Positions 39,527 through 49,506 are shown, counted from the stretch's first letter. The stretch: 64,000 nucleotides of DNA from Oceanispirochaeta sp. (GCA_963663385.2 CAXXXD010000002.1:896001-960000); one strand, 5' to 3'. A program made the numbers and translations. Notes: generated from the sequence alone by a model not told the origin.

Positions 39527-40663
39527 ATGAAACGTATTCTAACCAGTTTTATTGTCTTGATGTCGGTAATTCCCATGGGTTTTGCAGCCGGTCAGCAGGA
39601 AAGTGCTGCAGTACCGGAACCTGAAGTTATGGAAGTGGAAGTGCTGCCGGAAGTCAGCGATAGTGATCTGGCTCTTGCAAAGGGACCGAATGGCGAAGCC
39701 GCCGTACGGGCCGCAGAAGTAAAACTGACGGATGCACAGATTCAGAAAGTGAAAGACGGTGAGTATAAGGCCGCTCTTCTATGGGCCGGATCTGGTGAAT
39801 GGTACAATGCCCTCTCAAAAGGAGCGGAGGACGAATTCGCCCGTCTCGGTGTAAAAGTGGTATCCAATGCGGACGCACAGTTCGATCCGGCCAAACAGGC
39901 TACCGACGTTGAAACATGTATGGCTCTGAGGCCGGATGCCATTTTGACTCTTGTTGTTGATCCTGTTTCAGGTGCCCGTGCCTTCAGGCCTGTTGTGGAT
40001 AATGATGTTGTCCTCGTTTTTGCAGATAACGGTGTAGACGGGTATCGGGCGGGAAGCGAATATGTCAATGTTGTCACCGGTGATCATTTCGGTATGGGAC
40101 GTGCTGCGGCAGAACTGATGAATGACGCACTGGACGGAGAAGGCAAGGTAGGATTTATCTACCATGATGCCGATTTCTTTGTCACAAATAACAGAGATTC
40201 AGCATTCAAGAAAGATATTGAAAACAAATACAACGGTATTTCCATCGTTGCTGAAAAAGGATTCTCCGAAGAGAGTGCCACGGAAGAAGTCACGAATGCG
40301 ATGATGACCCAGAATCCGGACATCAACGGAATCTATGTGGCCTGGGATGTGGCGGCGGAAGGTGTTGTTGCAGCCCTTCGTTCAGGCGGATGGAAGGATG
40401 TCAAAGTAATCACTCATGACCTTGGTGCCACCCTGGATCTGGATATAGCACTTAAAGGAAATGTTTACGGTAAAGTGGCTGATGTTCCCTATGATATCGG
40501 AGTCACCATGGCCCGATCCGCCGCTCTTAAACTTTTAGGTGAAGATGTTCCTCCCTTCGTCGTTGTCCCTTATCTGAAGATGACCAGTGACAATATCCGG
40601 GAGGTCTGGAATCAGTCTCTCAGAAAAGATCCCCCCTCCAGTGTTTTGAAGTCTCTGCAGTAA
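39527..40663 (+). CDS. Sugar ABC transporter substrate-binding protein (RbsB-like, CUT2)
   Basis: Start moved to MKRILT (AAGGAG RBS); 'FAAGQQE'; 'DAQFDPAKQ', 'YVAWD'. Confidence 0.9.
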   Translation: MKRILTSFIVLMSVIPMGFAAGQQESAAVPEPEVMEVEVLPEVSDSDLALAKGPNGEAAVRAAEVKLTDAQIQKVKDGEYKAALLWAGSGEWYNALSKGAEDEFARLGVKVVSNADAQFDPAKQATDVETCMALRPDAILTLVVDPVSGARAFRPVVDNDVVLVFADNGVDGYRAGSEYVNVVTGDHFGMGRAAAELMNDALDGEGKVGFIYHDADFFVTNNRDSAFKKDIENKYNGISIVAEKGFSEESATEEVTNAMMTQNPDINGIYVAWDVAAEGVVAALRSGGWKDVKVITHDLGATLDLDIALKGNVYGKVADVPYDIGVTMARSAALKLLGEDVPPFVVVPYLKMTSDNIREVWNQSLRKDPPSSVLKSLQ

Positions 40664-40749
40664 TTCTTAAGGCATATTGACAGACAATCTGCCGGAGCAG
40701 TTCTAACTGTTCCGGTATTTGCCGGCCCAGGCCGGAGACAGGAGGATCC

Positions 40750-41715
40750 ATGACAAACATTTTATCTAATAAGGAATCTTTAAAAGATTTTATCCGGCAG
40801 TATATTGTTTATATAAGTTTTGTTTTTCTACTGCTTATTTTCTCCATAATACTATATGACAAAGGTTTTCTTTCTTCAGTGAATCTTATGAATATATTAA
40901 GGCAGACCGCAATGGTGTCTGTTATGGCGGTAGGTATGACTTTTGCCATTTCTGCCGGGGAAATCGACCTTTCCATCGGGGGGACTGTTGCTCTCTCCGC
41001 TCTTATAGCCGCTTTGGTTCTGGAGAGAACAGATGTCGTTATTTTCGCACTTGCCGCTGCGCTGACGACAGGCGGACTTATCGGACTGGTGAATGGTCTC
41101 ATCACGACCAAAGCCAGAATCCCCGCCTTTCTTGTAACTCTGGGAACATCCAGTATCGTTACAGGTCTGGCCCGTTCCATAACAAATCTGGAAGCGGTTC
41201 CCATTATTAACAGGGGCTTTACATTCTTTTTCGGTTCCGGCGATATCGGTCCGGTTTCAACACTGTTTATCTGGACTGCAGTTGTTGCCTGTCTCGGCCA
41301 TATACTGCTTAAACATACCCCATTCGGCAAAGCTGTTCTTGCAACCGGAGGGAACCGGAATGCTGCTCATTACACTGGAATCAAAACAGATTTCACAAGG
41401 CTTATGGTTCTTGTTATCAGCGGTATTTCCGCATCCTCTGCCGGTATCCTTTACGCCGGAAGACTGCATGGCGCCCGTTACACACTGGGAGAAGCAGATG
41501 TGATGACCGTCATTGCCTCTGTCATAATCGGAGGAACCAGTTTTACAGGAGGAAAAGGAACTGCTATCGGAGCCATTATCGGTTCGGTTATTATGGGGAT
41601 GCTGAACAATGCGCTTCTTCTTATGGGGCTTTCTGTTTCAGAGCAGATGATAGCAAGGGGAATCATCATCATTATCGCGGTATCTCTCAGCTTGAGAGAA
41701 GGATCGAGGCATTAA
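40750..41715 (+). CDS. Sugar ABC transporter permease (RbsC-like)
   Basis: 'GEIDLSIG', 'IPAFLVTLG', 'GGNRNAA..TGI', 'VIIGGTSFTGGKG'. Confidence 0.94.
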   Translation: MTNILSNKESLKDFIRQYIVYISFVFLLLIFSIILYDKGFLSSVNLMNILRQTAMVSVMAVGMTFAISAGEIDLSIGGTVALSALIAALVLERTDVVIFALAAALTTGGLIGLVNGLITTKARIPAFLVTLGTSSIVTGLARSITNLEAVPIINRGFTFFFGSGDIGPVSTLFIWTAVVACLGHILLKHTPFGKAVLATGGNRNAAHYTGIKTDFTRLMVLVISGISASSAGILYAGRLHGARYTLGEADVMTVIASVIIGGTSFTGGKGTAIGAIIGSVIMGMLNNALLLMGLSVSEQMIARGIIIIIAVSLSLREGSRH

Positions 41716-41782
41716 TTTTCAGGGACCTTAATGAGAAAATAGCAGGGTTCTGAGAACCCTTGACAGTTTGCAGGAGATAACA

Positions 41783-42976
41783 ATGTTCTTAAATACACTT
41801 ATCAGGAAGAATCCTGAATTTATAAAAGCCGCAGTCACTCTGCATCAGGAAATGAAACTGCCTTCCAACTGCTGTGTCCTTGATCTGGACGCAATAAGAA
41901 AAAACGCCTCTTCTATAAGCAGCAAAGCCCGTTCTCTGGGTATGCAGACATTCGGGATGACAAAGCAGATCGGCCGGCATAAACAAGCCCTAGAGGCAGC
42001 TGTTTCCGGAGGGATAACCAGCTTTGTCACAGTCGATATCAAAGGGTTCCGTTCCCTGAGAAGCAATGGATATAAGATCGGACACACCGGTCATCTGGTA
42101 CAGATCCCTGCAGGGGACATTCCCTATTGCCTGTCTCAAAAGCCGGAGTACTGGACCGTTTTCAATAAGGAAACCTTTACTGTTTTGAATACGGAAGCAC
42201 AGCGGCAGGGGCTGATTCAGAAGGTATTTCTGAGAATTTACGGAAAAAATGATACTTTTTATGAAGGTCACGCGGGAGGCATCCCTGTGGAGGAACTGGA
42301 AAGCACTCTGGACTACCTTTCCGGTCTCAGTTCACTCCGTTTTGCCGGTCTGACAACATTTCCCTGTCTTCTCTATAATCGTGACAGTTCCTCCGTGGAA
42401 AAAACTCATAATCTGAAGACACTCAGTGCGGCGGCCGTACGTCTGCAGAATCTTGGATTAAAGGATTTTGAAGTTAACGCACCGGGAACAACTTCCGGAG
42501 AAATCCTGCCTCTGCTGGCTGAGGAAGGGGTTACTCAGGTTGAGCCGGGTCATGGACTGACCGGCACCACTCCTCTTCATGCAGTAAGGTCCCTTGATGA
42601 GATCCCCGGGGTTCTTTATTTATCGGAAGTGGCTCATCTGCATAAGGGGACACCCTACTTTTATGGCGGCGGTCTGTATATAGATCCTGTTTTCCCTGAT
42701 TACAAACCATCTGCTCTCACATCCGAAAGACCCGGTGATATTCTTAACAGTTCCTATGAGGCACAGATTCCTCCCTATCAGGCCATTGACTATTACGGAA
42801 TGCTGCATGGGGTAAAGGATCACAGTAGTAAAATCGGAGATTCTGTTATCCTCGGATTCCGCCCTCAGGCGTTTGTCCGTACATCCTATGTCGCTTCAAT
42901 AAAAGGGATCAGCAGCGGGAATCCTGAAGTTGCAGGAATTTCGGACTCCAATGGAGGAGCTGTACAGTGGCCGTAA
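41783..42976 (+). CDS. YhfX-like PLP-dependent alanine racemase-fold enzyme
   Basis: 'MF...L...NP', 'MTKQIGR' (PLP lysine), 'GHLVQIP', 'TFPCLL', 'EPGHGLTGTTP', 'YLSEVAH', 'IDYYG', 'FRPQAF'; resembles E. coli YhfX from memory. Confidence 0.82.
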   Translation: MFLNTLIRKNPEFIKAAVTLHQEMKLPSNCCVLDLDAIRKNASSISSKARSLGMQTFGMTKQIGRHKQALEAAVSGGITSFVTVDIKGFRSLRSNGYKIGHTGHLVQIPAGDIPYCLSQKPEYWTVFNKETFTVLNTEAQRQGLIQKVFLRIYGKNDTFYEGHAGGIPVEELESTLDYLSGLSSLRFAGLTTFPCLLYNRDSSSVEKTHNLKTLSAAAVRLQNLGLKDFEVNAPGTTSGEILPLLAEEGVTQVEPGHGLTGTTPLHAVRSLDEIPGVLYLSEVAHLHKGTPYFYGGGLYIDPVFPDYKPSALTSERPGDILNSSYEAQIPPYQAIDYYGMLHGVKDHSSKIGDSVILGFRPQAFVRTSYVASIKGISSGNPEVAGISDSNGGAVQWP

Positions 42977-44466
42977 AAACAATTCTTGAAATGAATGGGA
43001 TCTGTAAGTCATTCGGTCCGGTAGAAGTCCTTAAGAATATTAATTTCTCCCTGGAGAAGGGGGAAATCGTCGGTTTAGCCGGAGCCAACGGTGCAGGCAA
43101 GTCCACTCTGATGAAAATCCTGAACGGGGTCTATTCCTGTGATTCCGGATCAATTTCTGTTAACGGTAAAAAGGGCGTTTTCAACTCTCCGAGGGAATCA
43201 GCGAAAGCGGGAATCGCCATGGTATTTCAGGATTTCAGTCTGATACCGACTCTGACTGTCTGGGAGAATCTGTTTCTGGCTCATGAACCTCTGAAAAAAA
43301 ACGGCTTGATTGACCGGGAGCTTTGCATCAGAAAATCCAGAGATCTTTTCAGAAAACTTGAAATGGATATTGATCCTGAAATACATCTGGAAAAACTCCC
43401 AGTGGGAAGGCAGCAGATTGTTGAGATTGCCAAAGCACTGAATCACAGTGATGAGGGCGTGTTGATTCTGGATGAGCCTACAGCATCCCTGTCCTGCTCT
43501 GAAATTGAATCCCTTTTTACAATGCTCAGAACACTTAAGAAGCAGGGGCTGTCAATTATAATTGTAACTCATCATCTTCAGGAAATTATGGATCTCTGCG
43601 ACAGGGTCTCGGTATTGCGGGATGGGCAGATTGTGCTCAACTCATCAATTACGGATATAACAGTTGATCATATTGTTGAAGCTTTAGTGGGAGACCAGAT
43701 TGAGCATGTCAACTTTCATTCAGGAAGGAGCCATTCAGATGAAGTTGTCCTTTCTGTCGAAAATCTCGGTATGGATGGTTTCTGGAGTAATCTGTCATTT
43801 GAACTTTGTAAGGGTGAGATCCTGGGAATTGCAGGAGTCCTTGGCAGCGGCAGGACGGAGTTATTAAGTTCGCTTTACGGTCTTATGAAAAACAGTACGG
43901 GTCAGGTTTCTCTGGAAGGAAAGGTTTTTAATCCTGAAAATCCGGCAGATGCTCAGGGTTCGGGGCTTTTTATGATCCCTGAAAACAGGCATCGCCATGG
44001 GATTGTAATGGGAGATTCGGTTTATAATAATATACTGCTTCCAGTCTGGAGGAAGTTGAGTTCCAGGGGATTTCTCAGAAATGACACGGGGTGCAACCTG
44101 GTGCAGTCGCTTATCGAACGTTTGAATATAAAGGTTCAAACTATGGATCAGGATATTGCAAGCCTTTCGGGAGGAAACCAGCAGAAGGCTGTACTCGCCC
44201 GCTGCCTCACGTCTGATTTCTCCGTCCTTCTTCTGGATGAACCCACCATTGGGGTCGATATAGCGTCAAAGAACGAAATTGCTTCCATTATAAGCGATAT
44301 GGCACAGGAAGGCCGCTCGATCATATTAGTCTCTTCCGAACTGGATGAGATGGCCAAAGTCTGTGACAGGGTCCTGCTGCTTAAGAATGGAAGTCTTTCC
44401 GGTGAACTTTCCTATAGAAAAGGTGATGAAATAAGCGAAGACAGTATAATGCGGCTGATTCAGTGA
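42967..44466 (+). CDS. Sugar ABC transporter ATP-binding protein with two NBDs (RbsA/MglA-like)
   Basis: 'GANGAGKSTL', 'ILDEPTASL', 'LSGGNQQK', 'LLDEPTIGVD'. Confidence 0.95.
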   Translation: MAVKTILEMNGICKSFGPVEVLKNINFSLEKGEIVGLAGANGAGKSTLMKILNGVYSCDSGSISVNGKKGVFNSPRESAKAGIAMVFQDFSLIPTLTVWENLFLAHEPLKKNGLIDRELCIRKSRDLFRKLEMDIDPEIHLEKLPVGRQQIVEIAKALNHSDEGVLILDEPTASLSCSEIESLFTMLRTLKKQGLSIIIVTHHLQEIMDLCDRVSVLRDGQIVLNSSITDITVDHIVEALVGDQIEHVNFHSGRSHSDEVVLSVENLGMDGFWSNLSFELCKGEILGIAGVLGSGRTELLSSLYGLMKNSTGQVSLEGKVFNPENPADAQGSGLFMIPENRHRHGIVMGDSVYNNILLPVWRKLSSRGFLRNDTGCNLVQSLIERLNIKVQTMDQDIASLSGGNQQKAVLARCLTSDFSVLLLDEPTIGVDIASKNEIASIISDMAQEGRSIILVSSELDEMAKVCDRVLLLKNGSLSGELSYRKGDEISEDSIMRLIQ

Positions 44467-44473
44467 TTTATTC

Positions 44474-44496
44474 AGGGGCTGAATATTTTCAGCCCC
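44474..44496. terminator. Hairpin between convergent genes
   Basis: GGGGCTGAA-TATT-TTCAGCCCC. Confidence 0.5.
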
Positions 44497-44563
44497 ATAC
44501 CCTGAAAACTCCCGGATTTCCGGCAGAAAAACGGCCTGATCTGCGAAAGCTATGGAGGGAGTA

Positions 44564-45745
44564 TTACAGGTCTGCCATCATCTCCGGAACCGACCCTATA
44601 CCAATAGCTTTTATTTCCGGAGTGATTGAAAAATCATGGCTGGTTCGGCTGATAACATAAGATTTTCCAGCCTGGTAGGAGGATGTGGATTTCTCTATTT
44701 CCTTTTTTATCTCTTCAATCATCCGGGTATCTTTTTTATCGGGATTCTCAGTCCATTTACACTCTATCAGGGTCAGCTTTCCACCCGTATCAATAAAGAA
44801 GTCTACCTCCCGGCCGGAGGAGTCTCTATAAAACCAGAAAGCTGGAGCTGCGGTGATGGTTCGTCCGATTTTCCGCAGTTCCGAGAAAACAAAGGTTTCC
44901 CATATCTGCCCTTTAAAGGGAGAAGAGGAAATATCAGTCTCCTTTATTCCCAGAAGAAAGCAGAGCAGTCCTGAATCACAGAAGTAAAACTTAGGGGATT
45001 TAATCACACGTTTTGAAAAATTCTGAAACCATGGTTCCAGAAGTGATATCTGATTAGATGCTTCGAGGACATTAAGCCAATCTCCTGCCGCTTTAACAGA
45101 AATACCCGTATCTCTTGCTACTTCTGATTTATTCAGAATCTGTCCGCTCCGGGGCGCCAGAACCCTGAGAAAACGTTCAAAATCTCTGAGGCTTCCCACA
45201 TTGAGGATCTGGCGGACATCCCTTTCAAGATAAGTGGCCAGGTATGAGCTGATAAAGGGGAGGGCAGGCATCTCCTGCTGTCTCCACAATTCCGGGTATT
45301 GTCCACGGGTTATGATTTTTTCCAGAAGCACTTTATCGGTGATTTCCCGGAAACTCAGATTCTCCAATTCAATAATGACCGAACGTCCGGCCAGGCTTTC
45401 GGATACTTCTTTCATCAGTGTAAACTTCTGGCTGCCTGTCAGGATATAAGATCCCATTTTATGTCTGTTCTGGTCTATTCTGTTTTTTAAGTGCCGGAAT
45501 AGTCCGGGGGCATACTGAACTTCATCAATTATAAGGGGCTCTTTGTATTGATTGAAGAACTCCTCCGGATTTTGCTCCGCCTGTTCCGCCAGGCTGGGTA
45601 GATCGAGGGATACGTAATTATATTGGGGAAAGAGCCGTTGCAGCATTGTCGTTTTACCTGATTGCCTGGCTCCGGTAAGAATTAAAACAGGAAAAAACTG
45701 ACACAGCTCTCTGATTTTTTCAGAATAAATCCTTTTGTAATACAT
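44564..45745 (-). CDS. AAA+ ATPase with DUF4143 and C-terminal PD-(D/E)xK-like region
   Basis: 'GARQSGKTT', 'IIDEVQ', 'LTGSQ', 'YLERDV', 'KSPKFYFCDSGL', 'EVDF...IECK'; start moved to the ATG at 45745. Confidence 0.88.
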   Translation of the reverse strand: MYYKRIYSEKIRELCQFFPVLILTGARQSGKTTMLQRLFPQYNYVSLDLPSLAEQAEQNPEEFFNQYKEPLIIDEVQYAPGLFRHLKNRIDQNRHKMGSYILTGSQKFTLMKEVSESLAGRSVIIELENLSFREITDKVLLEKIITRGQYPELWRQQEMPALPFISSYLATYLERDVRQILNVGSLRDFERFLRVLAPRSGQILNKSEVARDTGISVKAAGDWLNVLEASNQISLLEPWFQNFSKRVIKSPKFYFCDSGLLCFLLGIKETDISSSPFKGQIWETFVFSELRKIGRTITAAPAFWFYRDSSGREVDFFIDTGGKLTLIECKWTENPDKKDTRMIEEIKKEIEKSTSSYQAGKSYVISRTSHDFSITPEIKAIGIGSVPEMMADL

Positions 45746-45753
45746 AATAAACA

Positions 45754-45793
45754 ATTTTAACTTTCAAAGTTAATATTGTCAACTTTCAAAGTT
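45754..45793 (-). promoter_or_regulatory. Sigma70 promoter overlapped by two AACTTTCAAAGTT palindromes
   Basis: TTGACA-N17-TAAAAT (45782-45754); palindromes at 45759-45771 and 45781-45793. Confidence 0.7.
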
Positions 45794-45884
45794 TGAAAAG
45801 TAGCATGTAATCCGCCTGATAAACTGCCGGTTCCCTCCAATTAAAATCCTTGCAAAGCATAAGCATATAAGTTTTACTATTCAT

Positions 45885-47534
45885 ATGGATTTTCAGGCCA
45901 GGTTACGAAAAGAATTCATGGTTTTCTCTATAAAACTGATTTTCGCTATTGTATTTCTCTTCACATCTGTAACGGTCATTGTCAATCTGATAAATAACAA
46001 TATCAATAAAACTCATAGTATCGAATTTGTAAACGAGTCTTTTATGAACTTAACTGATAAAATTGCCATGCAGATAAGTTTACACAATTCTGATGATGAT
46101 TACATTAATGCCATACAGAAGAACCATGTCAGCAGCAAACTTGTTTCAAGCACCGACTATTCATTTTCCCGGACCATAAGTGTCCGGTATAATTACGATA
46201 TTTATGATATGAATACAGATCCCGTATATCAGGAATCCTATCATCTGTTCCCTCAATACAAAATATATCTGAATATAATCAGAGACCGGATTAGAAATAA
46301 CTCCCCTGTAAAGTTTATTTTATATCCGAGCTTCAAAACCCGAACGGCTATTCTTATATATTACGGCGGATTATACAAAGATACGGAACTTATCGGGTTT
46401 GATATGTATTCGATTGAAATCAGTGACCTGGATAATGCTTTATTACCCAATACCGGTGACTATGTTATAACTGATCGATTCGGCGGTATTATCGCAACAA
46501 ACAATTTCAAGCTGTTGGAGAACAGCCTGGATTTTGAATATGCCCCGGGATATACGATTGATGCTGTTAAATATCATGTTACCAGAGTCGAAAAGGATTT
46601 CTATTCTATTTACTCCCTTGAGGAAAACATCAGTTTAAGCAGATCCTATGTAATTGTTTTCTCTGCATTGTTCCTGATAGTACTTGCTGTAGTAGCAATC
46701 TCTAATAGGATTATTAAAAAGATTGCCAGAGAAAATGCCCGGAGCGTCGAGTCTATCATATCCGATACAAACACCGTATCAATGGGGCATCTGGATCATA
46801 GAATCAATGAAAACCTTGATGATGACTTCAGGAGTCTGGCAATCAACGTAAACGAGATGTTAGATAAATTGAATTACGAAATTACCTTGAATAAAGAGTT
46901 AAGTGAAACGAATATCATCTTCGAAAAAAGAAAACTCGATGCTCAATTCAATCCTCATTTTTTATATAATTCTCTGGAAACAATTCGCTATTCAATGCAG
47001 TTTGATATTAAAGGGACTGAACAGTACATTTTAGACTTAACTGCTATTTTGAGGTACTCAATATCCAATGATATCAGTTATTCATCAGTGGAAAACGATC
47101 TGATATATATAAGAAAGTATTTAGAGCTGCATAAATTCCGATTTTCTGATAAACTAACGTATTCCATAACAGCATCAGATGAGATGAAGGGTGTTTTAGT
47201 TCCCAAACTTGCTCTGCAGCCTCTGATAAGCAACAGTATCAAATACGGCTTTACCGATAGTTTATCAGTAAGAATAGATATCACCACGGAAGTAATCGAT
47301 GAAGTCTGTTATATAAAAGTACGCGATAATGGAGTCAGTATTACAGATGAAGTCATAGACGAAATTAATAAAACCTGCAAACAGAAAAAGAACCCTACAA
47401 ACCACATAGGCGTTCATAACGTTTTAAGACGATTTATGATCCTTTATCCCGATGCCGTGCTGAATGTCTGGCGCGATGACGAGGGAACTGTCTTTCAAAT
47501 AAGTTTTAAAAACAGGTTGGTCGCAAATGTATAA
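45885..47534 (+). CDS. YesM/LytS-type sensor histidine kinase
   Basis: 'AQFNPHFLYNSLETI', 'LRYSI', 'LQPLISNSIKYG', 'HIGVHNV'. Confidence 0.92.
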   Translation: MDFQARLRKEFMVFSIKLIFAIVFLFTSVTVIVNLINNNINKTHSIEFVNESFMNLTDKIAMQISLHNSDDDYINAIQKNHVSSKLVSSTDYSFSRTISVRYNYDIYDMNTDPVYQESYHLFPQYKIYLNIIRDRIRNNSPVKFILYPSFKTRTAILIYYGGLYKDTELIGFDMYSIEISDLDNALLPNTGDYVITDRFGGIIATNNFKLLENSLDFEYAPGYTIDAVKYHVTRVEKDFYSIYSLEENISLSRSYVIVFSALFLIVLAVVAISNRIIKKIARENARSVESIISDTNTVSMGHLDHRINENLDDDFRSLAINVNEMLDKLNYEITLNKELSETNIIFEKRKLDAQFNPHFLYNSLETIRYSMQFDIKGTEQYILDLTAILRYSISNDISYSSVENDLIYIRKYLELHKFRFSDKLTYSITASDEMKGVLVPKLALQPLISNSIKYGFTDSLSVRIDITTEVIDEVCYIKVRDNGVSITDEVIDEINKTCKQKKNPTNHIGVHNVLRRFMILYPDAVLNVWRDDEGTVFQISFKNRLVANV

Positions 47535-48285
47535 TGTGATTATTTGTGAAGATGAAGATATCATTCGAAAGGGACTGATTTTCAGCTTTGACTTTCATAG
47601 CCTGAATTTAAAAGTTATAGCAGATTTTGATAATCCCGTTTCCTGTTTAGAGTTTTTAGAGAGTAATTCCGCAGATATCATTATTACTGATATAAAAATG
47701 CCGCTTATGAGCGGACTGGAAATGATCAGCAGGATCGAAAATAAAAGAAAATATGAATTTATCATTTTAAGCGGTCATAGTGATTTTGAGTATGCAAAGA
47801 AAGCGATTACCTACGGAGTTACAGAATATCTGGTTAAACCTTTGGATTATCAGTTACTGGCGGTTTCATTAAAAAAAGCAATTGCAAATCTTAACGATAA
47901 AAACCTTTTAAACAATACTAAATCTCAAATTATAGACTTATCTGAAGTGTACACAGATATACAGAATGAAGACCCTCTGTTTCAATCGATTATTTCATTT
48001 ATAAAGGATAATTATATGCATAAGATTGTATTGGATGACGTTGCGAACGAACTGAACTATAGTGTCTCTTCTATAAAAAACAAATTGAAAGAGCATGATC
48101 TGACATTCAACACAACCCTTAATCGCTACAGAATTTATAAGTCTATCCATTTTATGAAGCTGGATGAATTGCCCATATATAAAATCGCGAAGATGGTCGG
48201 TTTCAGCGACTATAAGTATTTTTGTACAAAATTTAAGAACTATACCGGATTTTCTGTAACTGAATTAGCACAAAAAAAACAATAA
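47527..48285 (+). CDS. YesN-type response regulator (REC + AraC HTH)
   Basis: 'CEDE', 'TDIKMP', 'YLVKP', 'VGFSDYKYF..FK'. Confidence 0.93.
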   Translation: MYNVIICEDEDIIRKGLIFSFDFHSLNLKVIADFDNPVSCLEFLESNSADIIITDIKMPLMSGLEMISRIENKRKYEFIILSGHSDFEYAKKAITYGVTEYLVKPLDYQLLAVSLKKAIANLNDKNLLNNTKSQIIDLSEVYTDIQNEDPLFQSIISFIKDNYMHKIVLDDVANELNYSVSSIKNKLKEHDLTFNTTLNRYRIYKSIHFMKLDELPIYKIAKMVGFSDYKYFCTKFKNYTGFSVTELAQKKQ

Positions 48286-48391
48286 TTACTCTGTTTTGTC
48301 TTTTTTTCATCCAAAGTCTGCCTTTTCGTGGTATATCGCGCTGTAAATACCGGTGATAATATTAATTATCACTTTATAAAGGAAGGTAGAA

Positions 48392-49441
48392 ATGAAAAGA
48401 GTATTAATCATGGCTATGGCAGTTTTTATGCTGGTAAGCTTCAATGTAGTTGCCTCCGGGGCTCAGGATTCCAATGACGCCGGCGGAGCACAGGAAGAAA
48501 AAAAACTGGTTGTGTATTCTCCCAACTCCGAGGGGCTTCTCAATGCTGTAGAAAAGCCGTTTGAAGAGAAATACGGTATTGAAGTAGAGATTATTTCAGC
48601 TGGTACCGGTGAATGCCTGAAGCGTATCGAATCTGAAAAACATGACCCCCAGGGGGATGTTATGTACGGCGGTAGCTATGCAACCATCCTGGCTCAAAGA
48701 GACCTGTGGGAAGACTATGTCAGTAAAAATGATTCTAAACTGATTGAAGCGTTTCGGAATGAGAGCGGATATGTAACCAAGAACACCCTTGACGGAAGCG
48801 TTATTGTTATAAACAAAACAAAACTGGCAGAAAAACTGCCTGGTGTTACCATTACCGGTTACAAAGATATTATCAAATATGGGCCTCAGCTGGAAGGTCA
48901 GATCGTTTCCGGCGACCCTGCAAAATCATCAAGTTCCTTTGCTCATCTGACTAATATGCTGATTGACTTCGGCGGCTATGAAGATGACGCAGCCTGGGCT
49001 ACAGTAACTGATATATTCAAAAACCTGAAAGTTCTTGGTTCCAGTTCCGCAGTCTGGAAGGGTGTAAGAGACGGTGAATATACCATCGGTCTTTCCTATG
49101 AGGATCCCTGTCTGACACTGATCAACGACGGCGCCGATGTAGAGGTTGTTTATATGGAAGAAGGCGTTGTATTCCTGCCCGCCGGTTGTGCCATCATCAA
49201 GGGCGCCAAGCATCCGGAAGCCGCAAAACTGTTCATGGACTTTGTTACTTCCAAGGAAGTTCAGGATGTATATGGTATGACCCTGACCAACAGACCTGTA
49301 TATGAAGGTGTACAGACAGCAGATTACATGAAACCGATTGATCAGATCAATGTAAAGATTGAGGACACAGCTTATATTTCTGCTAATAAACAGAAGATTG
49401 TAGACCGTTATATTGAAATGTTTACAAGCCTGGAAAACTAA
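48392..49441 (+). CDS. ABC substrate-binding protein, Fe3+/sugar-phosphate (AfuA/FbpA-like)
   Basis: 'LVVYSP', 'AGTGE', 'DPAKSSS', 'SSSAV', 'SYED', 'AKLFMDF'. Confidence 0.85.
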   Translation: MKRVLIMAMAVFMLVSFNVVASGAQDSNDAGGAQEEKKLVVYSPNSEGLLNAVEKPFEEKYGIEVEIISAGTGECLKRIESEKHDPQGDVMYGGSYATILAQRDLWEDYVSKNDSKLIEAFRNESGYVTKNTLDGSVIVINKTKLAEKLPGVTITGYKDIIKYGPQLEGQIVSGDPAKSSSSFAHLTNMLIDFGGYEDDAAWATVTDIFKNLKVLGSSSAVWKGVRDGEYTIGLSYEDPCLTLINDGADVEVVYMEEGVVFLPAGCAIIKGAKHPEAAKLFMDFVTSKEVQDVYGMTLTNRPVYEGVQTADYMKPIDQINVKIEDTAYISANKQKIVDRYIEMFTSLEN

Positions 49442-49452
49442 TAGAACTGTCA

Positions 49453-49489
49453 TTCACCTGAAGAAGACCATTACTTTCTTCAGGTGAGT
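49453..49489 (+). other. Intercistronic stem-loop after the binding-protein gene
   Basis: TCACCTGAAGAA ... TTCTTCAGGTGA. Confidence 0.6.
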
Positions 49490-49506
49490 ATTTAATGAGG
49501 AAAAGT

